From Lama glama (lineage: Eukaryota): a stretch of DNA of 64,000 nt. The stretch spans positions 43,588,001 to 43,652,000 of the forward strand of contig CM052817.1 of assembly GCA_028534125.1 (NCBI GenBank). The letters are read 5' to 3'. This document shows positions 40,596 through 53,069 of the stretch, piece by piece. The translations under genes were made by a program, and so were the position numbers. Positions within the stretch are counted from its first letter, which is position 1. The number at the start of each line of letters is the position of its first letter. Under the pieces are notes generated by a model. The model did no database searches, was not told the origin of the DNA, and was given only the letters and a program-made list of their open reading frames with translations.

Positions 40596-40654
40596 CCACT
40601 CTGTCCGGGCCCACGGGTTTCGCCCCACACCAGAAACTTGACCAAACTGATTTC
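40596..40654 (-). other. Candidate internal exon (59 nt) of an unidentified minus-strand transcript
   Basis: Minus strand: branch-like 'cttac', then a pyrimidine tract of about 30 nt 'tttcctccacttcctcttctcttttctctgttcag|GAAATC'. Donor 'GAGTGG|gtgaga'. CpGs are retained locally. Confidence 0.4.
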
Positions 40655-42959
40655 CTGAACAGAGAAAAGAGAAGAGGAAGTGGAGGAAAGTAAGCCAGGT
40701 GTGTTCGCTCAGATGTAAAAGATACCATCGTACAAGCAGAGTAACATTTCATCCTGACCACACGAGGCATGATGTTTAAAATGCATAATTGAGCATTCTT
40801 CCTCGCTGCTTGCTTTTCTCAGTGGGTTCCAAGCTCCTAGAGGACCATGTGCTTCTACACTAGAAAAAGCAAGCGACAGTATCATCAGTAAACCTGAGGA
40901 AAAGGTCATGACAAAAATAATAGTTTTGGAAAATAACTGCTCTCTAAAAATAACCTCTACCACCCTTAGCTTTTGTTTTCCTTTCTTCCCATTTCAGCAC
41001 AATTTACACTATTTATTCTACTCTTGGCAACATGCTTGGAGAAAAATTAGATCAGTTTAATTTTCTTATTTTTCAGTCTGTTTCAAAATAACAATAACAA
41101 TCTTTTCCTTACATTAAACACATGCCAAAAAGTTTTTGCTCAGATTATATCAATTTAGTTTAAAAATAAGTCAGCCCAGGTGTAGGCTGTTAGCCATTGG
41201 CATATCATCTTAGGGTGGTTCTGTTCCAGTTGACAAACCCACATGGAGAACTTACCAGAGGTCAGGGATTGTCCTAGATGCTAGGGATATAGGATGAACA
41301 AGCTACACATGGCCTTCACAATTTAATGCAACTACCTGAATCCATGCTTTACTATCTATGTGAATATAGTGGGGAAGTAGTGTAAATAATCAAAAACAAC
41401 CCAATGCTTCATCCAAAAATAATGGAAACCATTAAAGACAGTGTCACACAGGGTCACTGGTGCTACTCCACTCTCTCTGTTCCTCGCTGGGCCAGGAAGA
41501 CAGTAGAAGGAAGCACACCAGACCACAGAGTGGGGAGGGCCTAAGACAAAGCTGGTTATCTGCCGCTAGATATTCAAGGACTGGGTATACTTCAGCTCCC
41601 AAATAAAGCACACATTCTTGCATACGGAAATGTGATCAACTCCTGGCATAATTCTACTTTGTTTGCTTTTAATTACGCATTGGCTAAGATTTCTAGTTTG
41701 CCTATTTTTGCATTTTTTATCCTCCAGGGATTAAAAATGGGTTTTCTTACTTTTGTAAATAATAACAAAGAAAACGATTTAAAATCGTGATGAAAATAAT
41801 TACATAAATGTCATTAAAATAGCCTAAAAAGAAATGTAATACTCTCTGGTCTTCCCAAGGCAACTGAATTTCTTAAAATGGGCAAATGTTGTTAGCTTTC
41901 CAAGCTGAGTGTTGGGTACGTGAGAGTTCTGTGAAATGTTCTTTTTCTCTTTAAGAACTTTGATAAAATCTCATGATAAAAAAATATGTTAGGCAAACAG
42001 ACCGAGGTTATCTTGAGCAAGTTCTTTAACTCCATAAACCTGGATTTCCTCTTCTTTACACAGAGAAAATAAAATTTCCTGTACAACTCACACTATTGGC
42101 TCCAAGGGAACAAGGAGAGCACGAGAAACTGAGGGTGACGTTATTGTCCATGTGCTTCCGTGAAGCACAACTCTAGATACCAAGCCAGATGGTAAGTGGC
42201 TCATCTCTCAATGCAAAGGGCAAGCCAGATGTTGGCTGCACACATAAATACAGGCTCTTAGTCTCATGAAAGAGGGATACGAAAAAAAAATCCCATAAAT
42301 TAAAAGTGACTGTGAACAAGGCAAATCATAGTAAATAATCTGCAATCCAAATCTGAGAGGGATTTCTACTGAACAAAAAGACTAAAGAATTTGCATTGAT
42401 TTCTTGAGTAAAGAATTTGATCTAGTCTGACAAGAGAGATCTTAAAAATAACAGCGAATCCACAAACTTTGGTTGAACATTGCTGGGTAAATCCTAGAAT
42501 CAATGTTATAAAGAAAACTGGTTTACAGAAAATGAAAAGGGAAGAATTATGAAATGTAAAGCAGATTCAGGAAATAATGAGAAATCTGTTAAATTATTTC
42601 ATGTTCTGTCCTCAAGATAACCAAAAGGCAAAAGATATTTTGAAGAGAACAGTGTGAAAGAGTCTCTCGCATTGCTTTACTCCCCCTTTCTATTATTTTA
42701 GAAAGAAATACCACCTTCCGCTATCAGATGAGGAGGAGGACAACGTGATGAAATACGCAGACAGTCCTTAGCGCTCGTCAAGTGCTAACTGTTCTAAAAT
42801 TATTTCTGAGTTTTGGTGAGAGGAAACAGCCATCTATTTTCACAAAGTGCTTTGACAAACAATGCTGAGTCCATCAAATAAGAATTTGAGGGATTAGACA
42901 GAAGGCACTGTAACTTGGTTTGCTAACAAGCTGAAATCTTGTTCGTTTCAGGCAGTGTA

Positions 42960-43440
42960 TATAATTCAGTTCAACTCCACAAAAGCTTCGGGAACCCCAC
43001 CATATTCTGGGCACCATTCTGCATCCCAGAAATTCAAACTGGTGCACGCAGACATGGTCTCTTCTCTTACAGAGCTCCCAGTCTAGTGGATATGGATACT
43101 GGCCATTCCGAGAACACAAGGATTAGAGGTGGGGCACAGTTGGAATTAAGGCTGGAAGACTAGCAGAAGATCTTGTATTCCACAAACAAAAACCTCTAGG
43201 GATGTGACCAGTGTTCAGGTAGAAAGATCATTGTAGCGTCAGCGTGGAAGAACCTCGAAGTTGGGTTAGAAGGAGGCAAGAATATCAATGAAACAGGGAG
43301 CTGTTAATAGCAACAGTCCAGACGAGCGATGAGGAAGGTTCAAGCCTATGCCAGATCCTGGAGGGCAGGGAGGAAGGAGCACTCTGGGTTATATTTAGAC
43401 AGTAAAGTGGGTAGGAGTAGGAGGCTGATGGAATATGACT
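42960..43440 (-). mobile_element. L2 LINE fragment
   Basis: 'agacatggtctcttctcttacagagctcccagtctagtgg', 'tagaaagatcattgtagc', 'caacagtccagacgagcgatga'. Confidence 0.75.
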
Positions 43441-44849
43441 ACAACTAATGAGACCAGTTTCCCTGGGAAATGTCTCATCAATTTACAGTCATGTCATATA
43501 TAATGCATTACAACTGAGAACCCCGATTTAGATCCAACCAAAGGAGCAAATTATTTATTCCTACTGGTTCCTCAGCACGACAAATACCCGTGGAATGAAT
43601 CAATGAATTCTCCAAACCTGTGCCAGTCACTAACTGAGATATTGGCTCTGGACCACTTTAAATTGGCAAATATTTATAAAAAGGCTTATTACCTGCAAAG
43701 AACTAGTCTATGTGGCATGAAGGACACACGTAAAAAGTGCAAGGGAAGGGTCTTTTCTTGAATTCAAAATGCCTGCTACTAGTTGGGGAGAAAAAACCTG
43801 TATACAACTTTAAACAACTATTAGGCCTGAATTTAAAGTATGTACTCAATTGAAAATCATCAAGTCCTTTACTCTCCCTGGGAGCCTGGAATAAGCATCC
43901 CAGAGCCCTAAACAAAGAGATGCAGGTGAGGAACTCACCCTGACCCCATGTGTTCTAGTCCATTTAGCTGCTCAGTCTTCTTCCTGCATCTCCATCTTTC
44001 CTGGGGGCAGGGAGTGGAAGCCTGGAGCAGACCCTGCCTCTCCAGGAGCCACACTCCAAACACACACCAATTCCCAAGGAAAGACACCAATTCTAATTTA
44101 TAAACAGACTTCAACCTTTCTTAATAGCGACATCAACATTCATTTCTCTAAAATACAGCATACTGATACAATAAATTAGGGAGTGACGTGACATCAAATA
44201 AACAGAACAATGCAAATACAGATGTAGCTTTGGACTGTCACTTAGAATCAGTCCTTTTCAGAACAGCACTTGATTCCTTCCAACCACAGACTAAGATACC
44301 ACTGCAAATGAGAGCAAAGGCATGACCTTAAAAATTAATATATCTTCCCAATAAAGAGGAGGAATTCTTGAAAGTTCTCATCAGTTGTTAGGGCTCAGCA
44401 CTCTGCTGGTTCTAACAGAAAGATAAGAAACGTGAAGGCTTTAGAAATCCCTAGCCCTAGAGAACTAAGGAAAGCCTCTCTATCAGTTACTCCTCAGACC
44501 TCTTGATGCTCCCTATTAGACAAGAATCATAACTGAATGCTTTTTCTTTTGAGTTTGCATTGCATCTGGAGAAATACGTACTTTTAAGAAAATGTCTGAC
44601 TCTTCCATGCAGGTAGGTAAGAACACATTTTGAGAAACTGTGTGTTATTTCTCCCTTGTGCTCAGGACAAGCTCATGATCTTCATCTTCCATTAGCCCTA
44701 CCCTGAGCGCACAGAAAGTGAGGTTCCCTACCAAAATAATGAGGCTCACTACCCGGAAGCACACTGTCTTCCTCAGATAACACCTTTTGCAGAAGGTGGG
44801 GCAAATAATTTTTCACCAGATTTTTTTCAACGACCAGCTAGGAGAACAA

Positions 44850-44965
44850 AAATGAAAATCCTCCAAGGGCAGGAATTTTGTCCATTCTGATCACGGTTGT
44901 ATCCCAATGCCCCAGAACCTGACTAGCACATGGTAGGCCCTCAGTAAGCTTTTTTGCATGAAGCA
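44850..44965 (+). mobile_element. L2 3' end
   Basis: 'ctccaagggcaggaattttgtc...gtatcccaatgcccagaacctgactagcacatggtaggccctcagtaa'. Confidence 0.75.
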
Positions 44966-46614
44966 TGCTATTTCAGCATGAGGAAATGGGAGTTTTTCAT
45001 CTAAAATAAAACTTTAAGCTGTGAGGAAAAGTGTTGAAAAGAAGATTCCATAGAAGTTGGCTCTGGCTTTGATCAACCTATATTTCATTTGTGAAATCCC
45101 AAATAATTATAGTATGATTCAGTGTTTGTGAGCATTGCGTGTCTTTAGTTAGAAAACCTGATTAATCCTAAAACCAACTACCTTGTTCCCAACGGTGAAC
45201 AATTTCAAAGCACTACATTCTTCAGATGGTTTGGCACATGATTTTCTCCCACAAACTCACTGGCACCCTATAGAAAGCCCTGAACAGTCAAACTCAGTAC
45301 ACACTACAAGGCTGGCCTTGGCCTCTGGCATAGGACAATAAAATACAAAAGGAAACAAAAATTCTCTAAGCAGTGGGTGTCCCCAAGATAAACAAAGTTT
45401 AAAAGGCTTCACCAAGAAATCTGATGGTCATACGCAAACATCCTTTCTGCATTCCCAGCATAAACTACTCTTCCAGTGGGCTCAGTTTCAGGGTCCTAGT
45501 TAATCATTTGGCTGCAGTAAACACGAAAAGCAATCAATCTCATAGGCTCTGGAATTTGTGTAAAGACTTGCTGCCCTTACAAGCTAGTTTCTCCAGTCTG
45601 GATATTTCTAACAGTTAACTGAAGGGATATAACTGACCTTCAACCAACAGGCCAGGCTGCCCTTTGACCCAGCAAAGCTCCAGCAGGCTCTTCAAAAAAG
45701 GGCAAGGAAAAGATGTTCCTTCTTTGAAATTATATGTAAAATAAAAACCCTTCATGGTATCTGAATACTACTTAAAGGCAAAGAAAGACGAAGGCATGAC
45801 ATCTTGGATGAAATGAAATGCTATCCAGTCCATTGTTTTTCTGTCTGTGTCCTGCGAAGATGCCAGGTTGTGGGAATTGATGCGGGTCGAGGCACAGGTA
45901 ACCAACCAGATCCCCAACCCAATCCAAACCCTGCAGCTCCACTTTTACCTCTTTCATATACTGGGAATTGTAAAAGAGATTTCACTTGAAAAAAAGGTTC
46001 CTCTTCTGAAAGAAGTTTCAAAATTACTAATCTTGTCCAAAGTAGCACTTTTGCTTAAAAGATAGGCTAAAACTGACATTTCAATTTCCTTTAGGAGTTT
46101 GCAGGCTTTTCCCGAGATGGGCTCCACAAGCTCTGAGACTTTCCTCCTGTCTGGGAAAACACGCAGAGCTGCTGGAATCGGCCTCTGTGCTAACTTGACT
46201 TGAAAAGAGAGTGAGCTGCATTACTGACCTTGAAAATTCTGACAGCACAGTACCTTGATTTTCTGCTTCATTATGTCCAATCTAAGGATTTGCCACTGAT
46301 GTACCCAACTTCCCACTCGCCTTTCCACGCTCCACTGCCCCTTGGAGCCACCACTGCAGCTCTGACTTTGGCAAACACAGAAACACACAGAACACCTCAA
46401 ACACCATGTGGTGAAAGAGAAGTGCCGATGGTGATAGCTAGTGGTGTTCCCAGGCTGTCACCAGCTTGCTTTCTCGAGGCTGGAAAATTGAGCCTCCTCC
46501 AGAGGACACAAGCCTTCAGTGTGAGATTGACCAAATGCCTATCATGAGGTATGTTGCCAGAGGAAGAAATGAAAGGATATGAGAAAACCAATAAATAATG
46601 GAACATCCTCTAAC

Positions 46615-46910
46615 ATGGCAAACTACCTAGCCATTTGAATCTGTATGCAGTGATGCAAAAAGATCTTCAAATGTATTATTAAGTGAAAAGGTAAAGTAAA
46701 GAACTGTATGTATATTACACTCTCATTGAAGAAATACATATATGTATACATATCTGGGTGTGTTCATATGGAAAGTGTCTAGGAGACCCATGAATCAACA
46801 GATGGTGGTTCCTACAAAGAGACTGCAGGGAGTCTGCAAGGCATTGTATAACCTCTTTGTCTGTTTAAGTTTTTAACTATGAGTATGTATTGACCTCATA
46901 ATAATTTTTT
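46615..46910 (+). mobile_element. Old L1 (L1ME-type) 3' UTR fragment
   Basis: 'aaagatcttcaaatgtattattaagtgaaaa...gaactgtatgtata...tttttaactatgagtatgtatt'. Confidence 0.7.
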
Positions 46911-47562
46911 AATATTCCCAAAGGATACAGAAGACTGAGAAAAACTAACTCCTCAGAAACAGAACTGAAGGAGAAGGAAGCGGTAATGCAAACCCAAAGC
47001 TAGGTATGCAAAAGCCACTGCGGATTTGCTGCCAAGGATGCTCAGGCCTTCGGGTCAATGAACTAAAACATGGCACTTGCTGTGGGCCTTTCGTTCGGCA
47101 GGCACTACCCTAGCTCTACCTTTTCCAGGATCACGCTGTTTCCAGTTACTGCCTCCTTAAAGAATTGCAGTGGAAGTCAAAATACAAAAGGCCAACACAA
47201 TTCCAAATCTGGAGCTTTATATAACATGGAAAGAAATAGCAATATTGAAATGACGCTCTCCAGAGAAAGGGAGTGAATTACATATTTTGAGAGTTTTAAA
47301 AGAAGACTATTTCTCCAGCCCATATTTCAAACTGAAAAGGTATTATTCACAGGGGAGTTGCGGCCCTTCTGCTGCCAACCATAAAAATGCCTCGTTTTAA
47401 CTTGATGAAACACAAGTCACATGGATTTTGCTGGTGCACGTGTTCCCACAGGTACTACCAGAAACACTGTGCGTTCACGGTCACTATAATTTGCAGCAAT
47501 AAGCACTACTAAGAAAAGAAGGATGGATCTCCTTAAAAACGAAATCAAAAAAGGCCGAGTAT

Positions 47563-47750
47563 CACAAACTACCTTATACAAAATAGATAAACGACTAGGA
47601 GCTACTGTATAGCACATACATTCAATAGCTTGTAGTAACCTATGATAAAAAAGAATATGAAAAAGAATATATATGTATAACTGAATCACGATGCTGTACA
47701 CCAGAAACTAACACAACATTGTAAATCAACTGTACTTCAATTTTTTTAAG
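47563..47750 (+). mobile_element. Cetartiodactyl-type L1 3'-terminal fragment
   Basis: 'aaaatagataaac...ctactgtatagcaca...aaaagaatatgaaaaagaatat...gctgtacaccagaaactaacacaacattgtaaatcaact.tacttcaa'. Confidence 0.9.
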
Positions 47751-48179
47751 TTCCAAATCAAATTGTTTTTTTAATTAAACGTATTTTTAAAAAGAGACTA
47801 TCATGTTAAGTTATTGAGCATCAGCGGCTATGGTCCTCAAACAAGCAGTGAGGATCACCAGGATTCTTAACACAGGGGAACTTGATGCTTTAGACACATT
47901 TTGACATAAATAATTAAGGACACAAATACATAATTCATAGCTATGTAGCATATGAAAATTGGAGTGTTAATTTAAAAACACAAGAGCACTTACTAAATCT
48001 CAATTCACTGATGAATTTAAGTTTTTTTTTCTTACATGATTTCAACAAACTTACTTAGAAACCCTTTGGGTTTCCATCTTTTTATTCTAGGTTGACACTG
48101 ACTAGGAAGTGTTTAAGCTGTTCAACTTTAATATTATATTGACTTATTTTATTACACAATGTTGTTTCAGCTGAAATTT

Positions 48180-49200
48180 AAACAGAGAGCTGGCTATTTT
48201 ACTAGGCTTCACTAGTTAATAGCTCTGTGGTCTTGAACAAGTAACAGCCTTTCTTGAGCTTAATTTCTTCATCAATAAAATTAAAAATTTTAACCAGGTG
48301 GTCATTAAGCTGCCTTTGACCATAAAAGTCTATGATTCCTTGAGTCTCCATTAGCAGCTTACTCACCAGTGAAAAAAGGAGTCATTTCTCTACTCTTCTA
48401 AACTAGCAAACCAAAAATCCCAAGTAACTCTTTATTTCTAGAAGCTGTTCATGTGTTTTGCAGAAGAGAAGCTCTTGGAATTCAGAATGAAGCAATGACA
48501 ACTTCATCATATACTATGCCAGATAAGTTAGCTAATTTTCATTTCTATTTCATAGGTCATCTCCAGATTGAACTCTCTCCACAGAATATGTCAGGAAAAT
48601 CCTCACAATGAAAATTAGATTTGTTTTTCAACCCAGGAAAGCACCACAAAGATCAAGTTATCAAACAATACAGCAGGCAAATTCTCCAACCAATGCTCAG
48701 TTTTCCTCAGATACAATCTCACTGTGCAATCTAGTACCCAAAATCCCTAACATCTTAATAATAAAACTTACACAAAACACATACATAGGGCCAAGGGTGG
48801 CTTACTCTATCTTGTTTAACACAATCCTTGTAGCAATTCTATAAGACAGACATCATATCCGAATTTTAAACACAAGAGAACTGAAGTTAAGAGAGAGTAT
48901 TTTACCAAACATCGCATAGCTGGAAGGAGGCAGAACTGGAACGTGAGCTCCTGGTCTGTCTGACATTCTCCACTCTCCTTACAAGCCTCTACTTGCCATT
49001 AACTGACTCCTTCCTCAGAGCCAGGTCTAAAGCCTTTTACATGTGTTACTACATTTAAGCCAACCCGTGATAAGTGGTATTATTCTCTCCATTTTACAGA
49101 TGGGGAAACTGAAGCTCAGAGAGGATCCATGAATTCCCTCTAGAAATAACGGCAATGCTGGAAGGAAAACAAAGTTTAATTGATTCCAAGACCATGGGAT
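48180..49200. mobile_element. Cluster of three MIR/MIR3 fragments (about 48180-48340 +, 48790-48970 -, 49010-49200 -)
   Basis: MIR cores such as 'ccattttacagatggggaaactgaagctcagagagg' and 'tagctctgtggtcttgaacaagt'. Confidence 0.7.
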
Positions 49201-50118
49201 TTACCAATATGGAATATGGCCTCCCCACCAAGAACTCAGCTGCTGACTCACTCTATGCGAAAAATTACTTTGTCAACTCACAATACATTTCTTTCTTTAA
49301 AAGGGAGGTCAGATTTTTACAAGGCTGTAAATACTTCAAGCTGACAAAAAAGCACACCTTCTTCACCTTTTGGTCTAAAGGACCCAAAAAATGCCACATA
49401 ATAGTGGTCAATTAATCTGTGTGAGATACTTGATTAACAATGAAAACAGGCTTGCAATACTTTAAGCCCTAAATCACAGTCTTCTACTAATAAAGTTATT
49501 CTGCTTCGGGAATTAAAGAAAAGAAACAATGAGTGAGTGAATGAATGTTTTGCCTCCTTGTGTATCAAGTACTTTAGAAAGGTGACCTGCAGAAATACAA
49601 ATCATTGTGCTAAGACTTTCGGTGAAATGCAGTGGATGGGATAAATGTCCATCTCAACTTTTTCCTAGAGTCCCGCTAAAATGAAAGAAAAGAGATAAAA
49701 GTATACAAATCCATGTCAAAGAGAAGAGAAAATAACAGTGGATGCTGGTGATCACAATTTTTAAAGGAAAGCAGATAGACAAATAGTGACTGACATTTTA
49801 GGTTTCTTAGCTTGAAGTGCCTTTAAGGGGCAGCCAATGTTGCAGAACCCTGGAAAGGTTGAAAATGAGAGCTATCAGATACCTCTGACCACCCCCAGAA
49901 CCCTGGTGGAAGAATGAGGATTTAACTTGTGAAGAAGCTGAACCAGAAATGCTCTGAACCAGGGATTACCAAGCACAGCTGAGTGAAACATCTTTCTGAA
50001 AGAGGACAAGTGAAAGCCTGAACACTCAATGGGGAGACCACCAGCCTCCATTCCAATGTGTCTCCCAGAAATGCTGGATTCCAGGCTCCTTTTGCAGAAA
50101 GATCCAAAATCAAATGAC

Positions 50119-50290
50119 AGAAAGGGAGGAGAGAGAGAAGGAGGAGGAGGATTAGAAGAAGGAGGGGGGGAGGGGGAGAGGAGACGAGGGGGAGGAGAGG
50201 AGGGGAGGGGAGGAGGGGGAGAGGAGGAGAGGTCCCGGGAAGGGAGGAGGAGAAGCGGGGCGGAGAGGAGGAGAGGGGAGGGGAGAAGAA
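50119..50290. repeat. Purine-rich (GGA/GGGGA) low-complexity tract
   Basis: About 170 bp of almost exclusively G/A on the + strand. Confidence 0.9.
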
Positions 50291-51122
50291 CAGATGTGTG
50301 TTCCAAGGAGGAAACGGAGACAATGGAAAGCAGAAGAAAGTCATGAATGCAATAATTTAAGAATATTTTCCAGCACTGAAGGGCATGAAATCCCATAATG
50401 AAAGCATGTCCTGTGTGATTAGCACAATGAATAAAAACCAAAACAAAACCAAAAACTACACCACAGTACATCATCATGAAATTTCAGAGTACCAGTGATA
50501 AAGAGAAGACCCTAAAATATTCTAGAAGGGGGTAAAAACTCAGTCACAAACACATGATTGTGAATCACAATGGCTTAAGTCTTCACAGTATCACTGAAAG
50601 ACAGAAGCTAATGGCACAGTATCTCCAAAATTCTGAGGGAAATCACTTACAACCTGGAATCCTGTAGCTGGCCTTATTATTAGTTGATGCTTACTCAACT
50701 AATTTGGAATCCCAAACTGAGCATCTCATACAGGAGGGCACTTAAGGGAAGATTGAGAATGACTACTGCCACAAATCAAGAAAACATCCAAGAAAGAGTG
50801 AGGCAGGATTTTGGATAACTGGATAGATGTCTCCCATTAAAACAAAGAAGATCTGACATAAGATCTGATTTTTTTAACCATATTGAGAGCATCATTAGAG
50901 TTCAGTCAGAATGTTCAGGAAAAAATTATGATAGACACATAGAAAACTAAACAAACAAAGACGTAATTATGGATTCCCAAAAAACTCCATGAGTTATGTA
51001 GAAACATCAGTGTAATTGCTGTACACAATGTGGCAAACCCATGATCAATATTTACATGACCATAATAAACTCAGCCCTAGAAATTAATTTCATAAAAAAA
51101 TGTGATATAACTATACTGGGGG

Positions 51123-51330
51123 CATATTTACAGATGAAAGTATAGGATTTCTGAAATTTGCTTCAAAATATTCTCTCTAGGGGAATGCAAAGGGGCAGGA
51201 AGGTAGCAGATATGGATATAGTAAGATTAACCATACTTAATAATTGTTGAAGCTGTGTGATGAGCACAGGGGGTCCACTCTCTTAGTCTCACTGCTTGTT
51301 GTGTGTAATTTTCCATAATTAAAAGTTTTT
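51123..51330 (+). mobile_element. Old L1 (L1ME/L1MC-type) 3' end nested in HAL1
   Basis: 'atttgcttcaaaata...ataattgttgaagctg.gtgatg...aattttccataattaaaagttt'. HAL1 sequence resumes afterwards. Confidence 0.75.
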
Positions 51331-52297
51331 CAAGAATAATAATGGGAGGATGGGAAGGGGAAGGGTGAAGGTGTTACAGAATATGAAGAAGAAGGATGTA
51401 TGGGGTGTGTGTATATAAGAGAACTACATTCCAATCTCCTATGGAAATCAATAGATATTATCTATACCTTAAAAAAATCAAGAAATAAAAACAGCAGTAT
51501 AACCATGTGATTTTGCCATGGGAAGAACATGCCTGAAGAAACAGATGAAAGTATTAAAAGCAGCTGCTTCTGGAAGGTGAGAGAACTTGTGCAGGGGAAT
51601 GCCGTTTTTCACTGTAAGTCTTGTTTCACTACTGGTATTTTAAAACTGTGCACATTATTTGCTAATGAAATGAACATAGCAATTAAAAATAGTTTGATAC
51701 AGTATTTGTATATTGAATGCATTGTTAAAATATCATTTAATGCAGTTCTTATATAGCTTTCTCGATAAGAAAAATATAAAAATATTTGTAAACTTCATAA
51801 ACTGAAGTTGTTGAGCTCACTGAGGCTGCTGACTTCCAAAATAGACCTGCATGTAGCCACAGTGTAACTTCTGGGCTTCTAATAGCTCACTAAGGTTCTC
51901 TATTTCTCCCCTTAGCCCACTGCGCCCACCTCAGGATGGTCCCTCCAAGTGATGTATCCATGAGAACATAATAAAAATAACAAATAAAATACTAATAATG
52001 GAAATAGAAGTAGAGAATTAAAAACAGCCTTGTTTTCACCTCTTTTGGCTTGTATGTGGCTCCTGGCCCCTTAAGGCCTCTTAGAAATTAACTGTGGAAA
52101 TCACTAAGCACGAATGGCCTCACTCTAACCACTGCCCTTTCTGGGAGCTGCCCACTCAGAGCTGTCCACCCAGAGTAAGGCACATTGCAAAGTTCCCTCG
52201 GTTCAATGCCCACAACTATCATCCTTCTGGAAACTCTGACTCAGCACTTTCAGAACACACTGAGATAATTAGGTGAGGTTTATTTTAGAAGATGAAG

Positions 52298-52875
52298 CCT
52301 AACATTGGAGACAGTATTGGAAACGGGTACTCTTATATACTGTTGATGTTGATGAGACTATATTTTGGCACAATCTTTCTGGAAGGTAATTGAACAATAA
52401 ATATAGGAAGCCTTAAAAATGAATTTTTTTTCCTCTCAGCAATTTCACTTTCAGGTATTTATCCAAAGAAAACAATCAGTAGTTTGCACAAAAATTTAGT
52501 TACAAGAATGTTTATCATAGCACTGCTTATAACAGGAAAAACATTGCAAACAACCTAAATGTCCAAACACAGGCCGCTGGTACACTTGACTAAATTAGAT
52601 CATGTAGTCATTAAAATAATTCAACAGAAAGATATTTAATGACTTGGAAAAATAGTTATTACACAGTATTAAGTAAAAAAATATTATAGAATAGAATACA
52701 CATTATCTCATTTTTATAAATATACGTGAATCTATAAGCAAAGAAATGCACTTCAAAGAATATACATCAAAAACAACTGTTATCTGGGATTTGAAATTTT
52801 TCCAGCAAATCTCCTTTTCACATATGTATATTTTGTTCAATGAACATATATCACTTTATAATGAAAGAAGTAAAA
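52298..52875 (+). mobile_element. Old L1 (L1ME-type) ORF2 end plus 3' UTR
   Basis: 'tttctggaaggtaatt...cagcaatttcactt.caggtatttatcc...gaatgtttatcatagcactg...aaacaacctaaatgtcca'. Confidence 0.85.
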
Positions 52876-53069
52876 AGTTGGGTTTTTTTAAAGCTGATCA
52901 AGCAAAGACTATACAGAGGGCTAAGAAGTATTGATCTTTTTTAATGTTACATACATATGCTGATTTTTTAATAAGAAGAAAGGGAAAAAAAAGATAATGG
53001 CCAAGTAGCAATGTTGATTTTTGAAATGTATTTGTTGGCCCAAATAATAATTCTCCAAAGTCAAGGAAT

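Larger units (their letters stand above)
49614..51680 (+). mobile_element. HAL1 (half-L1, ORF1-only) remnant
   Basis: 5' 'gactttcggtgaaatg...cccgctaaaatga...ggaaagcagatagacaaatagtgactgac'. ORF1 remnant 'acatcatcatgaaatttcaga...gataaagagaagaccctaaa...caaaattctgagggaaa'. HAL1-type 3' end 'gtttttcactgtaagtcttg...ttttaaaactgtgca'. Confidence 0.75.

Noticed and set aside
49875..50477. 200-aa minus-strand ORF and overlapping 140/105-aa ORFs
   Set aside because: Open only because they cross the G/A low-complexity tract inside HAL1. They give Pro/Ser/Leu or Gly/Glu/Arg runs with no domain.
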